From: a virus
Virus record (IMG/VR): IMGVR_UViG_3300033048_000096
Strand: one strand, 5' to 3'
DNA length: 64,000 nucleotides
Position numbers and translations under genes: made by a program. Shown one piece after another: positions 47,059 through 58,600 of the stretch (position 1 is the stretch's first letter; each line of letters starts with the position of its first letter). The notes beneath the pieces are model-generated. The model searched no databases, was not told where the DNA came from, and saw only the letters and a list, made by a program, of their open reading frames with translations.

Positions 47059-50000
47059 TTAGGTAATTCTAAAACTCTGCCTGGTGACAACAATAAAGTT
47101 CACTTCACCTGCAGCTATAGATTGATTGTCGAGCGCTTTTATGAATGATTTCCTACCTAATGCGCCCGACTCATTAAAGGTAGATACATTTACCGAATCC
47201 ACTCCGGTTACCGAAGTGGCTGCATTTATTATATCAGAGTAATCAATTATACTCCCTAGCGTAGAACTGTTCAATAAATTAACAACAGAATTTGATACAT
47301 TCTCTCTGATAGTATTCGTCTCACTTATCAAATTCTCATTTACTATAATTTCACCGCTAATATCAAGAAATAATGTCGAAGATTCCTTCACTAAAACATC
47401 CGCGGTTATTGATCGTACATTCTCAAGGTTAGCCGTTACGTCAGAAATTAATCTGTTTAAATTATATCTCACTGTTATACGCTCACCCTCTATTGGGGCG
47501 GTGAATTTATAATTACCGAAGTAAGATAACCCAACACCAGGCTGACTGGTTGGAGCAATAATTAAGGAGCCAACGATAGAGCTAGAAGGGCTTCTAAATC
47601 CAGATGATATTGATACCCGGTCTACCCTGGCAAATACTTTATTGGAAATTATCGTCGTGCTGCCAGAAAAGAATAAGTCCTCAAAGTCACTTACGTTATA
47701 CAGTAATAAGCTTATCCTTAACTTCTCTCCACTGGAAAAACTTAATGATGAATTATTTTCCGTAGAAGGAATCGCAAACTCAGTGTTAGCCAATGAAGAA
47801 TCTAATTCAGAAACCCCAAAACCGTATACTACTGTATTTAATCTATGCCCTATCAAATCTACACTTAAACTGCTGTTATCCAATGACACTACCGAGTCAA
47901 CCCTGGCGATACCAATACTTGACGGTATAGATGATATACCTAAATAATCTCTTATCGAAGAGTTTAAATTAAATATTAGACCACTAACAGAAACACCTGC
48001 TACTACATCTAATTCAACCCTAGTTAGAGTCTCTCCTGTGATCTTAACTTTCCCCGCCCTAGTTGCTCCAGATATTGTGACAGAAAGTCGCGTGGGACCA
48101 AACTTCTCCAAACCAGTAACGTTACCACTCGTGTCAAAATTATAAAATAACGGCTGACTGCTACCAGTAATTACAGTTAAACTAGAATCAAGTAAATCAT
48201 TAGAGGATTCAGAACCATTTATAGGTAACGATCTTAATTCAATTGATGGAACTATATTGTTAATTTCCGCAACATAGTCGACAAACAACTCCTCTCCTGT
48301 TAGGAATAGCGACTCAACCTCACTCAATACTTGACCTCCAGAAAGAATATCTTCCGATGGTAATATTATAATTTTACCGGAAAAAGACCCGTCAGAATCA
48401 TTTATCGAGTACAACTCTATTTTGTTATAAAAAACAGTCGTAACTAGCGAACTTCCGACTGGACTATCAGAAGGCAATATGATAACCTTGCCCGAGAACG
48501 AACCATCACTCTTCAATGTATTGTAAAGCTCAACACCATTTTCATTTTTTACTGACACTATATTATCTATAACACTGTCAGTTGCACCTAATGTTATGCC
48601 AGGAACCAATACACTGCCCGTCCCCTCTACGCTACCTACGGTACCAGTCGTTGTTGTTGCCGAAAATACTGATATTACTCTACTTACGTCATTGTTAACT
48701 TCAGTCTGAAACTCAAGACCATCATCGGTTCTGTCCATAATTACAACTTCAGAAGTGATTCCATTATGAACGCCCCAATCAATAGAGTCACTTACAGCGC
48801 TATCTACAAATTGTGCCCCAGTATATTCCCCGTTATAATCTATATATTTATCGTATACCAATCTCCATATGTAATCTGCACTTAATACATCCGCCGAAGA
48901 GGGGAGGGTCTTTCCTGAAATTATAATTTCTCCAGTATCATTTAATCCCGTTATGCTGTTTATATTCTGAGACTCAATTACATATACCTCACCTGTCGTT
49001 ATATTTCTAACCCTACTTGCTGTTATTACTGGAGAATGCTGAAGCTTTATTATAGTCTTGTCAGAAGAACTTACCGCAGAATTCTCACCTAATATAGATA
49101 TGTCCTGAAATACACTCAACAAACTTGTTGCACTTGAAAATCTTAATGCATCAACGCTGTTCAAGGATCGCTTAATTATGCTTTCCGCCTCAACCTCTTT
49201 TTCGTTAGATATAAATCGAAGCTTGTCGAAACCAAAAGGACTTCCTCCTGTGTCAACATTCGTATCTTTAATCAACGAATAATTCCCCGTGGTAATCCCG
49301 TTTAAAGTTATAGATTCTGACAGAATGCCTGATGAACTGCCTATCACTGATACTAATCCGCTCGCAGGCTGGAGAGGCAAAATACCGTCGTTAAATGCCT
49401 TGATTCTTCTTTCTTCCGAAGTTAATGTCGAATCTAAATTTCCTTGACCTAATATAAAATCATTTCTTTCGTCACTAGCATCTCCTGTACCTGATTTGTC
49501 AGTAAATACATACGACTCAACTATCTCCTCTAACTGTCTGCCGAGAATATATAAATCTACCTTGCCACCGGTTCCTGAACTTAAGATTCTAAAACTACCA
49601 TCATTAATTTCTATTGTTTCTGTGCCGTCTCTTAACATTAATGTGTTTCCAGGCTCAATCACTATCGCATCATTAACACCGGCTATACTTAATGCCGCAT
49701 TTCTATACCCAAATGCTGTACCTGTATTTGAGCCACTAAATATAGCAAATACTTTAGACCTAAAGGCAGAATCACTCTCCGTATTTGACCCGCCATTAAA
49801 TGACGTTAAGTTAGTTACGTTTAAAGAGTCCTCTAGGTTGTGCCCTATAACTTGAAAACTTGATATATTCCCCGTAGTTCCTGAGTTCGCAGCCCTAACA
49901 GGGACCTCGATCGCGAACGAATCCGATATTCCCGCTAAGTCCAAAGAGGATCTTAATCTATTAGCTATCGCAGAAAACTTGCTTTTTTCCGCAGTCGATA

Positions 50001-50373
50001 CTATAAAACTTCCTATAGTTCGATATTGCAATCCACTTCTAGATGTAATTACAGTTCCTGATGGTATCGGGATGTCAGTCGAAATTGTATTAGTCGTGAA
50101 TACAACTATTCCATTAGATGGCGCGCCGGAACTTCTGCTTATACCAAAGTTATTCGCCCATCTATCAAGATCCTTACCTCTCGCTATCTCCGGAGATTGC
50201 TTTTCCGAAACTAATAGCACCGAACTATGAAGCTTCTCTAACTGATCCGCCTGAATGTCTATAAATAGATCTCTAGCTACAGTCCCAGTCTTTGTATCAA
50301 GATTAGGCTGGGTTAGCCTAAGCCTCTCCTTCATCGAATTTACTATTTCACTAAAAGATCTGAAAATTGCCAC
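47059..50373 (-). CDS. baseplate J-like (gp6-type) wedge protein, enlarged (1104 aa)
   Basis: GTVARDL, GKDLDRWANNFGISR, IPSGT, GTTGNI, GGSNTESDSAFR, AGV..A, GKVDLYI, C-terminal SVTGVDSV. Confidence 0.88.
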   Translation of the reverse strand: MAIFRSFSEIVNSMKERLRLTQPNLDTKTGTVARDLFIDIQADQLEKLHSSVLLVSEKQSPEIARGKDLDRWANNFGISRSSGAPSNGIVVFTTNTISTDIPIPSGTVITSRSGLQYRTIGSFIVSTAEKSKFSAIANRLRSSLDLAGISDSFAIEVPVRAANSGTTGNISSFQVIGHNLEDSLNVTNLTSFNGGSNTESDSAFRSKVFAIFSGSNTGTAFGYRNAALSIAGVNDAIVIEPGNTLMLRDGTETIEINDGSFRILSSGTGGKVDLYILGRQLEEIVESYVFTDKSGTGDASDERNDFILGQGNLDSTLTSEERRIKAFNDGILPLQPASGLVSVIGSSSGILSESITLNGITTGNYSLIKDTNVDTGGSPFGFDKLRFISNEKEVEAESIIKRSLNSVDALRFSSATSLLSVFQDISILGENSAVSSSDKTIIKLQHSPVITASRVRNITTGEVYVIESQNINSITGLNDTGEIIISGKTLPSSADVLSADYIWRLVYDKYIDYNGEYTGAQFVDSAVSDSIDWGVHNGITSEVVIMDRTDDGLEFQTEVNNDVSRVISVFSATTTTGTVGSVEGTGSVLVPGITLGATDSVIDNIVSVKNENGVELYNTLKSDGSFSGKVIILPSDSPVGSSLVTTVFYNKIELYSINDSDGSFSGKIIILPSEDILSGGQVLSEVESLFLTGEELFVDYVAEINNIVPSIELRSLPINGSESSNDLLDSSLTVITGSSQPLFYNFDTSGNVTGLEKFGPTRLSVTISGATRAGKVKITGETLTRVELDVVAGVSVSGLIFNLNSSIRDYLGISSIPSSIGIARVDSVVSLDNSSLSVDLIGHRLNTVVYGFGVSELDSSLANTEFAIPSTENNSSLSFSSGEKLRISLLLYNVSDFEDLFFSGSTTIISNKVFARVDRVSISSGFRSPSSSIVGSLIIAPTSQPGVGLSYFGNYKFTAPIEGERITVRYNLNRLISDVTANLENVRSITADVLVKESSTLFLDISGEIIVNENLISETNTIRENVSNSVVNLLNSSTLGSIIDYSDIINAATSVTGVDSVNVSTFNESGALGRKSFIKALDNQSIAAGEVNFIVVTRQSFRIT

Positions 50374-50385
50374 GGTTACTTCCTA

Positions 50386-50817
50386 TTAAATAATTCTTAC
50401 GGTAACTGATTCTGTCAGAGATGTAAGCGCTCCTGTTTGTACAGATATAAATATATTATATAATCTGGGGTCAAGTGTATCTTTTTTTGCGGATATGTCT
50501 AGTACCGCAACGATTCTCTCTCCTGGCGTTAAAAACTGACCCCTAGATTGACCTCGCTGTAATGCCATTATCTTGTTAATTGCATCTTGAGCAGAAGACT
50601 CTAGATCAAGCTCTAATAACTCTTGATCAGGTATGTGGCCTATAGTTATCGCACCAATCTCACTGCCATAAGTAGGGTGATAACTATTCTCACCAAGCTT
50701 TGTTAGTAAAATTTTAACAATATCTTGCCTAAGCTTTTCATTGTCAAATACAGTGGCTAATGATCCGCCTAAATTAAGCTTTATATCTCCGCTCTCTATT
50801 TTTAAATCAAAAGACAT
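50386..50817 (-). CDS. gp25/GPW-like baseplate wedge subunit
   Basis: 143 aa; LRQDIVKILLTKLGE..HPTYGS pattern; directly upstream of baseplate J. Confidence 0.8.
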   Translation of the reverse strand: MSFDLKIESGDIKLNLGGSLATVFDNEKLRQDIVKILLTKLGENSYHPTYGSEIGAITIGHIPDQELLELDLESSAQDAINKIMALQRGQSRGQFLTPGERIVAVLDISAKKDTLDPRLYNIFISVQTGALTSLTESVTVRII

Positions 50818-50847
50818 CTATCTAACCCGTCCTCATACTATTTTGTT

Positions 50848-50865
50848 AAAAATAATAGAAGATTA
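50848..50865 (-). promoter_or_regulatory. conserved intergenic motif TAATCTTCTATTATTTTT
   Basis: Near-identical to 37174-37192; about 30 nt upstream of the gp25-like ATG, GAGG RBS in between. Confidence 0.45.
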
Positions 50866-52668
50866 GTTGGGAGGTGTAGTTGTTTTTAAATCAGTTATAA
50901 ATAAATTATATCCATCAATAATTAACTGACTAAGCTCATTTATGGAAATGATTGAATCTCGCTTATCTCCATCGCCAGGTAACAATGACCTGAACTCTCC
51001 GTTTTTTATTTTTTCAAACTGAGAGGTTGATAATAACCCCAATAAACTGCTCTCCGAAATCGAAAATAATGCTAAAGCAAATACAGTAACATCTAACGTT
51101 CCAATACCTATATCAGTGCCCAAAACAACACCTATCTCCTGAATTTTTCTCTCTATACAATTAGACGCACAATCATTCTTACTCTGAATTATCTTGTCAA
51201 CTTCAAACTCTATCCTCTTTCTTGGAACATCAATGATACTTATTAAACCGCTCATCATATGCGAATCGTGTATGGATGAATTTCTTTGGGTTTGGGACTG
51301 CAAATTCAAAACTTCCGAATTGTCACCAAGCAAAAATAAAATTGAATCCTCTATCAACTTCTGCTGCTGCAAAGAATTAAGGGGAATCTCGGTTATAGAA
51401 TTCGGATCCTCCTTTTCTGTAGTAACGAATTGATTGGCCGCCTCATTGGATTCGTCACCTATATCATTACCATTCTCGGGATCTTCACTTACCGGCCTTC
51501 TCTTTGACTTCTCAATCTCGTCAATAATAGTGTCTATATCAGAATATAATTTTGAAGCTAATCCTGATATAGCACTTCTCAACCTTAATATAAACAAAGA
51601 CTCCAGGACACCGTAACTATCCGCGGTAACTTCCGAACTTTCACCGTCAATGAAAGTGTCGGTTCCGCTAACCCTATCAAGCCTAATTCTTATTATACTC
51701 TCTAACAAGGTAGGTCGAGTTTTATTATTATTAATAACTCTAGCTCTCTGATTTGAAAATGGTGCAGCCACAACTTTGCTGGGCTCATTTATACATCCGG
51801 ATATCTCTACTGACTGGATCGGAGGAATTAACAAATACGAAAACTTCCATAAATCACTTTCTATATTAGCTATATTAACTTTTAACTCTTCGTTCGCAGT
51901 ATTGGTTAGTATGGAATTTACACTAGAACTACTAACAGTTCCACCAAATGGATTTAAATATCCTGTGCCAGAACTATCCTTCATTAATATGCTTGGGGTA
52001 TTTACTTGATTACCTGAGCTATCTAATATCTGATCAGTCTCAGGATCGTAATTCTGAAGCAATAAGTTCGCTATCTCTTCGTTCGATAAACCTCCTAAGG
52101 AAATAGTTTCCCCAGCTAACTCTAATGCAGTTGACTCTGATATATTATAGATGCTATTGTCAATAGATATTCTTCTTAATTTTCTAGTTATCTTTCTTTG
52201 GTTTAAAATTAATTCAGTCACCTCCTCCATTGACTTCGTGGAAACCTTCTGTGTTAATGGATCTACTACCATTAAAGTTTCTGAACTTCTTATCTCACTA
52301 TCTTGCTCGCTTAACCCAAACTCAGACAATCCAACCGAAGGCATACCCATCATTCTCATGAATGTATTCTCGTAAGATTCCATTTTAGATATATTAGACT
52401 CAACATCCGCGGTGAACACTCCAGAGTCATTATCTTTGAAAAACTCAATCGGCAAATAGCTAGACCTCATATTCCTAACTGACTTAGCTATTGATAAAAA
52501 TTGCTTAATTATAATCTGAGTTGATGCCTCCTCCTTATATGCCGTTGCTAACGCTTCTTTATTTAAGAACCTGTTGGCACCCTTACCCTCTTGACCTTCC
52601 TCTATCCCAAATGCTTTATTTAGCGAATTTTGGGCTAAAGCTATTTTTGAATTTAAATCATTAGGCAT
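50863..52668 (-). CDS. hypothetical acidic protein (601 aa), probable virion component
   Basis: Long ORF, TAATG-coupled, inside the baseplate module. Confidence 0.7.
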   Translation of the reverse strand: MPNDLNSKIALAQNSLNKAFGIEEGQEGKGANRFLNKEALATAYKEEASTQIIIKQFLSIAKSVRNMRSSYLPIEFFKDNDSGVFTADVESNISKMESYENTFMRMMGMPSVGLSEFGLSEQDSEIRSSETLMVVDPLTQKVSTKSMEEVTELILNQRKITRKLRRISIDNSIYNISESTALELAGETISLGGLSNEEIANLLLQNYDPETDQILDSSGNQVNTPSILMKDSSGTGYLNPFGGTVSSSSVNSILTNTANEELKVNIANIESDLWKFSYLLIPPIQSVEISGCINEPSKVVAAPFSNQRARVINNNKTRPTLLESIIRIRLDRVSGTDTFIDGESSEVTADSYGVLESLFILRLRSAISGLASKLYSDIDTIIDEIEKSKRRPVSEDPENGNDIGDESNEAANQFVTTEKEDPNSITEIPLNSLQQQKLIEDSILFLLGDNSEVLNLQSQTQRNSSIHDSHMMSGLISIIDVPRKRIEFEVDKIIQSKNDCASNCIERKIQEIGVVLGTDIGIGTLDVTVFALALFSISESSLLGLLSTSQFEKIKNGEFRSLLPGDGDKRDSIISINELSQLIIDGYNLFITDLKTTTPPN

Positions 52669-55600
52669 TAGTTCTCCAATCCTGAGCCGAACTCCTGAGG
52701 TTGTGTAGACGGAAGCTCATCTGCTCCATCAATGTTTGACATAATAACTCTAGAAACTTTAACGAAGAATATACTTAAAATTCTGTCAACCTTTGTTAAT
52801 GCCCCAAGTGGAGGCGAACTTGATAATGAACCATCAGTATTAATATTTGGTACGCAATTTACATCTTCCTCCAATTCCGTGAACTGTAAACCATCAAATG
52901 TTAAAGCCTGTATCGTTCTCTCACAAACCCTACCACGAACTTTAACCTCTCCTATATTAGATGAAGTTATCTTTGCGGTGTATGCTGTACCTGTTTTTGT
53001 CAAAATACTTCCATCCTGATTTTTTATAAATTCGGCATCTCCAGTTGAATCACTAATAATCTCTAATATAATTCTATTAGTTATATCTCCAATTATTTCG
53101 TCATCATAACTATCTCTCGGAATAACCTCAATCGTAGCTATTCCGCCCGCTGCGATTGATGCACTATCTCCAATGCCCGCAGCATACTCTCTGGCGCCCG
53201 TGAAAGCAGGCCCTATGGCGTCGAAGCCCTCCAAGACGTCCTCACTTATGTCTCCGTCAACAAAGCCCTCCAGCGGCGTCTCATCGTCATCTTCGAGAAT
53301 CTTGAATGATGTGTTTAATCCATTTATAACATACTTACATATATCATCTAATGTCCCGCTTAAACATTCTACCACTGTCTCGTTCAAAGACGAAAACTCA
53401 TCTACGCTTATTTCTGGCAAGGGAAGAACTCCTAGGGTCTGAGCATTTCTTATGGTAGCCACTTGACCTCTTACTCCAGCCAAATATGTATCCAGACAAT
53501 CTACGGCATCAGTAACTATGCTCTCTATATCTTCCGTATTGTTATCTTCAAAAGGAAAACTATTTATTGACGCAGTTGAACAAAACTGCTCCAGCTGATC
53601 ACCCGCCTGCCTCATGTCAAAGAAGTAAAGTTGAGGGAAGTCAAATATCTTTATCGACTTATCATCCTCATCTATATCTCCATCTTCATCCGAATCAATT
53701 TCAACTTCCTCTCTTGAGAATTTTAACTTAGATGAAGAAGGTGTGTTAACGACATCAGCTATTATAGTCTCAACAAACCCATCACTGTCAAACTCGATAC
53801 CGTCTTTCTGAATAAAATAAACATTAAATTCATCATCCATGATAACTACCTTTGGTATATTGTCAAAGGTTCTGGTAATTAGATCCGTTCCTGTCTGCAT
53901 AGGAACTCCCGTGTCGGGATCGGTTCCAAATACAGGAACCTCAAACTCTAAAATTAATGGCTTTACAGATGCAGTATCACCATTTATATTTAAAAATGCT
54001 TGACCATCTATTGGGCTATATAAGTTTCCTTTCTCTCCTAACTTTAAAATAGTTCCATCTTTACTAAGAAATGCTAATGGTGTATCAACCGTTTGGTTTG
54101 GATCTATATTTTTATCATTCACGCCAGTAGTTAATCCTCTGCCATTAAATCTAAATTTCACCTGCTTAGGTTTCCCAACATTCTTAGTGCTCTTTGTAAA
54201 TGTCGGAGCCATAGTGACATTAAAATCAATACCTCCCGAATTCGCCGATGTGCCTCTCAAAGTATCACTGTCCAAATTCATCGACTCTAAATATGTTCCA
54301 CCCGACTCCACCCCCACGGAATTGCCGAATACCGACTCTGTTATATTAGAAGACGAGGTGCTACCTAAATCATCATTGCTGTAAGTCTGCCCAACCGGTA
54401 ACATCACATTCGGATCTATAGATAAATCAGGCGCAGCTATTCCAGCTACGATTCCCGCCAACATAGTTCCGTCAACGCCGCAATCAGGCTCGCCTTCCCC
54501 AGGGGTTATGCTGCATGGAAATCTAAATATAAGCTGCAAAAGCTGAAGAAATATCGCCAATATAGAAAGTATCGGCTCTAAAAATGTCAAGTCAGCTTCA
54601 ATCTCGAATAAATATTCGGATAAAGTTTCCTCCAAAGCTTTAATCGCATCAAAATCAATAGGCTTTTGCCCCGCAAGATTCAATGCTCTCGATATCTCAT
54701 TTATAGCCGTAATGGTAAATAAAATCTTATCTATAACACATTTCAAAAGCTCAAGGAGATGCAATATTAACTGAAAAAACATAACCGGTATTGATATCTG
54801 GGGCAATAAAAGTATCAAATCATATAAACATTGGAAAAGCCTTATTATTGCTCTAGCTAATTTCACGGGATTTAATAATGAACATATAACATCTATTATG
54901 CAAAAAATAACCTGTAGAGGAACCATTAATACCTGAAAACCATTTAAAGATATCTTTAACTCTGCCACTAAGTGAAATGATAAATCACAAAAAGATTTTA
55001 TAAGATCCTTCGGTATATTCGCTTTGTCTAATAAGTTTGATACGAATTTTAATGGAGCGTCAGCTAACTTGTCAAACAAACCCTGAACGTCAGGTATTTT
55101 ATCCTTAAGGGGGCCCAATAACATTTCCTGAAATACGTCATCCAAATCTACCACGAAATCTCTTCCTAATTCAAACTTGGCTCTATTTCTAGTCGAATTT
55201 CTCGTAGAGGCACATACATCAAAACACGTTTCTGATGAAATCGATATATTTAATAATGTTATCGGAGCCTCTATCGTAGCTTTATACCTACCCGCAACGC
55301 CATCAACCGGTTCAGGTCTGCCTCTGGGCTTTATTACTATAGAATCAAACATCAGAGTGAAATCCCTGTCAGTATTGTCAACTACAATCTCATATTTATT
55401 TCCTACAATTATCGGAATCTCTTTTCCGGTCGATAAAATGATCGGGTCCTTACCCTCTTCTGCGATCGAAATTACTTCAGGAACGTTATACTTTATCGAT
55501 GCTAAACTCTGAGTAATTGCGTTAAAGAATAATAACGCAGCATCTCCATCTTTATTTAACACATAAGAACCGCTGCTAAATGAAGCTCCTGAACCAACTA

Positions 55601-58600
55601 TCAATACATCCCTAGCTAAAGAATTGACTTTAGACTCAGTAAATCCGGCTAATAATGTGCTAGTATTTCCGGAAACTAAGCTGAGCCCTAATTTTATCTT
55701 GGTTGATGGAGTTATATCTATCGGAACAAAGGGAACATTCGTGATGAACTTATCCGAATTAGCTGGGTTAAACAAAACCCCATTGGTTGGTGAATCTGGA
55801 TATAATGAATCAAGGACATTTGATGATAATGAAGAATTACCAACAATTCCGAATAAATTTGACGTGTCACTTATGAAAGACTCCACACTGGAAACTAATT
55901 CATCGCTAGTTATATCTTCATTTACGATTAGTGTTCCTGTCTTCTCATCTATACTATATATAGATCCAGGAGCCTCATTTATTATCGCTGTGGATTTCCC
56001 AGTATACCCCACACTTGAGTAATTAGAACCAAATCTCTTTTCTTTTTTATCAATAGTGAATGATAAAATACCATCATTTTTAGGCCTAATATTACTTAGC
56101 TCAAAAAGAATCTGACCTCTACCTATAACGGTCGGTTTGTTAGAGATCTTGTTAGTTATATCCTCACCGCCTAAGCTTATTCTATATCTTTTGCTTATGA
56201 ACTTCTCATTTGTACCAGATACTATCAGAGCAATTTTTGATATATTATCACTGGTGACGATCGTGCCAGGCGTTAAGCTTTGCCCTCCAAATACGTCCGA
56301 TGGTATGTCGAATTTGCTATTCTCAAATGTGGAAAAAACAGTTCCTGATATATCTGCAGCCATTCCAATAATAGAAGAAGGCTCTATGAATCCAGGGTCA
56401 GAATCAGAGCCTATCTCTAATAACCCGTGACTATCTGAATCTAAATTCACCGTAGTGTTCGATCCAGCTACCTCACCTAATCTCCTGTTAGTTATAACTA
56501 TATACGCTTTATCTACGTTAACTAGACTAGAGAAATTATATCCCGAATATGACGCTCCCGGGAACTTTAAAATTGCTTTTTTATTTGAGAAAGGAATCTT
56601 TGAGAAATCTGCGGTAATTGCTTTCTGAAAAGTATATTCAATATCTAATGGAACCAATAACTCTAATCCAGAAGCATTTAGCTGAATAGTTCTGCTGGGA
56701 AAAGAAAATTCTGACAGGACTTGGGTGTTGACTTCACCGGTTGGTAAGCCTATGTATGCATAGACATCCTTTTCTCCGTCAAATATTTTCCCTTTAGATT
56801 TTATCCCTATTGACGCACTTAATCCATTATTAAATAATGGTATACCAGTTATAGGCTCTAATCCAAAATCAGAAGACCTAAACTCATTCGTACTAAACTC
56901 AACAAAGAGGGCAGACTTTGTGGGCAAATCATCGTCAGATGCTGATGCTACGAACACTCGATCCTCAGAGGATACCGTAGCGGAACCTGCTCCATGAAGC
57001 CTTATAGAGTACTCTGAGGACGCTACGAAGCCTCTGGCTCCCAGGTCCCCTGCGTCTAGAGTTAATGTTATTGAGCTATCCGTCGGGATTGACATTACGC
57101 TAGGAGTAGAGTCTCCTGGGGATATATTTATTATCGCTCCAGATGATAAGTTAGTAAAACTTACCCTCTTAACCTCGGCTAAATCCTCTCCACTTATTTG
57201 TATTACATTAACTTCGTCAATGACTATCGGTAATCCCCCACTAAATCCATCCGGAGATATATTCTGTATTGATGGAGTTGCCTCTGACAAACTCAAATGT
57301 GGGCCGTTCACTCTCGTTACCTGACCAGAGCTATCCTCTACATAAACAGCATATTCTATGCTTCCATTGTGAACCGCACTTGATAAGTTTATTGAATCGA
57401 AATTTATAGAAGAAAAAACTGCTTTATAGTTACCGTCAGAATCTATTGTCGGCTTAGAACTAGCCCACTCTTTTGGCACTCCATTGTAAAATTTAGGCAT
57501 AACCGAGGAAAGAATATTTAATATCCCGTAAGAAGATATATTAAAATATCTACTGTTATTTTTCGATACAGAATTGCCATTATCTGTTAGTAAAATATCT
57601 GGTCGATTCTTTTCTCCGAAAAATATGTGAGGATCCCTTTGACCGAAATATGGATACCCAGAATCTGACGGGCTTATTGATGAATCTGAAAATCCCGGAT
57701 AAAAATTATCAACAAATTGAGCTAAACCAGAAACTTCATTCGATGAAGGAGAACTATCCTCATTTATGATGGCCAATCTATTTGCTGTATCTAATAAACC
57801 TCCAGAACCCTGAACGGGTCTGGTTAGCACAGGAACTGTAAATAGCTCCACCTCGCCGCTGAATGCATCTATCGATCTAGCTCCATTTACCGAGACTCCT
57901 TTGACTATAGGTGAAAGATATACCGTTACGTCATCAGCTTCTTCTAGCTCAAATATAACCTCAAGGGATGAGGATGATGGGAATTCAGTTTCCTGATCTC
58001 CTACAAATGCCGCCACTGGAGGTAGCTTGAAATTATCTATCTCTGTTCTCGTTAATGATTTTCCTGATAATACCTCAATCCATATGCTAGAGTCAGAGGT
58101 TAATGATCCACCTGGTGTTCCCGCAGAATCTCTTCCTGTTATATCCGGTAACTTAATATATAGCACATTATCTAGGACAGTATAGTATCCTCCAATTACT
58201 GGATTGCTTGAAGTGCTGGATAATGCAGAATTTGATAAGTTTACCACAGGAAAGAATTCCAAAATAAGATCATTTACATCAGCAGTGCTACCGCCTAATG
58301 ATGGGAAGCTGGGTGGATCGATATTCGGGAATTCAAAACTACTGCTCGCTTGCTCTATACTATCATTAATTTCCGAAGCGTAAGATTGAAGATCCGAATA
58401 AGTTCTCCCAGATACTCCAACTACATCTCCAAATGATGGGCTCGTTTCATCTAAAATATTATCCAAAATTTTAATAAAAGATTCCGCAGGTATATATCGA
58501 AACTCACAAACCCTTATCATATCTGGATTTGATATCCCCTCCTTAATTACTGACGGATCATCCCCCTTGAATACTGATAGATATACGAATGGTGCTTTTT

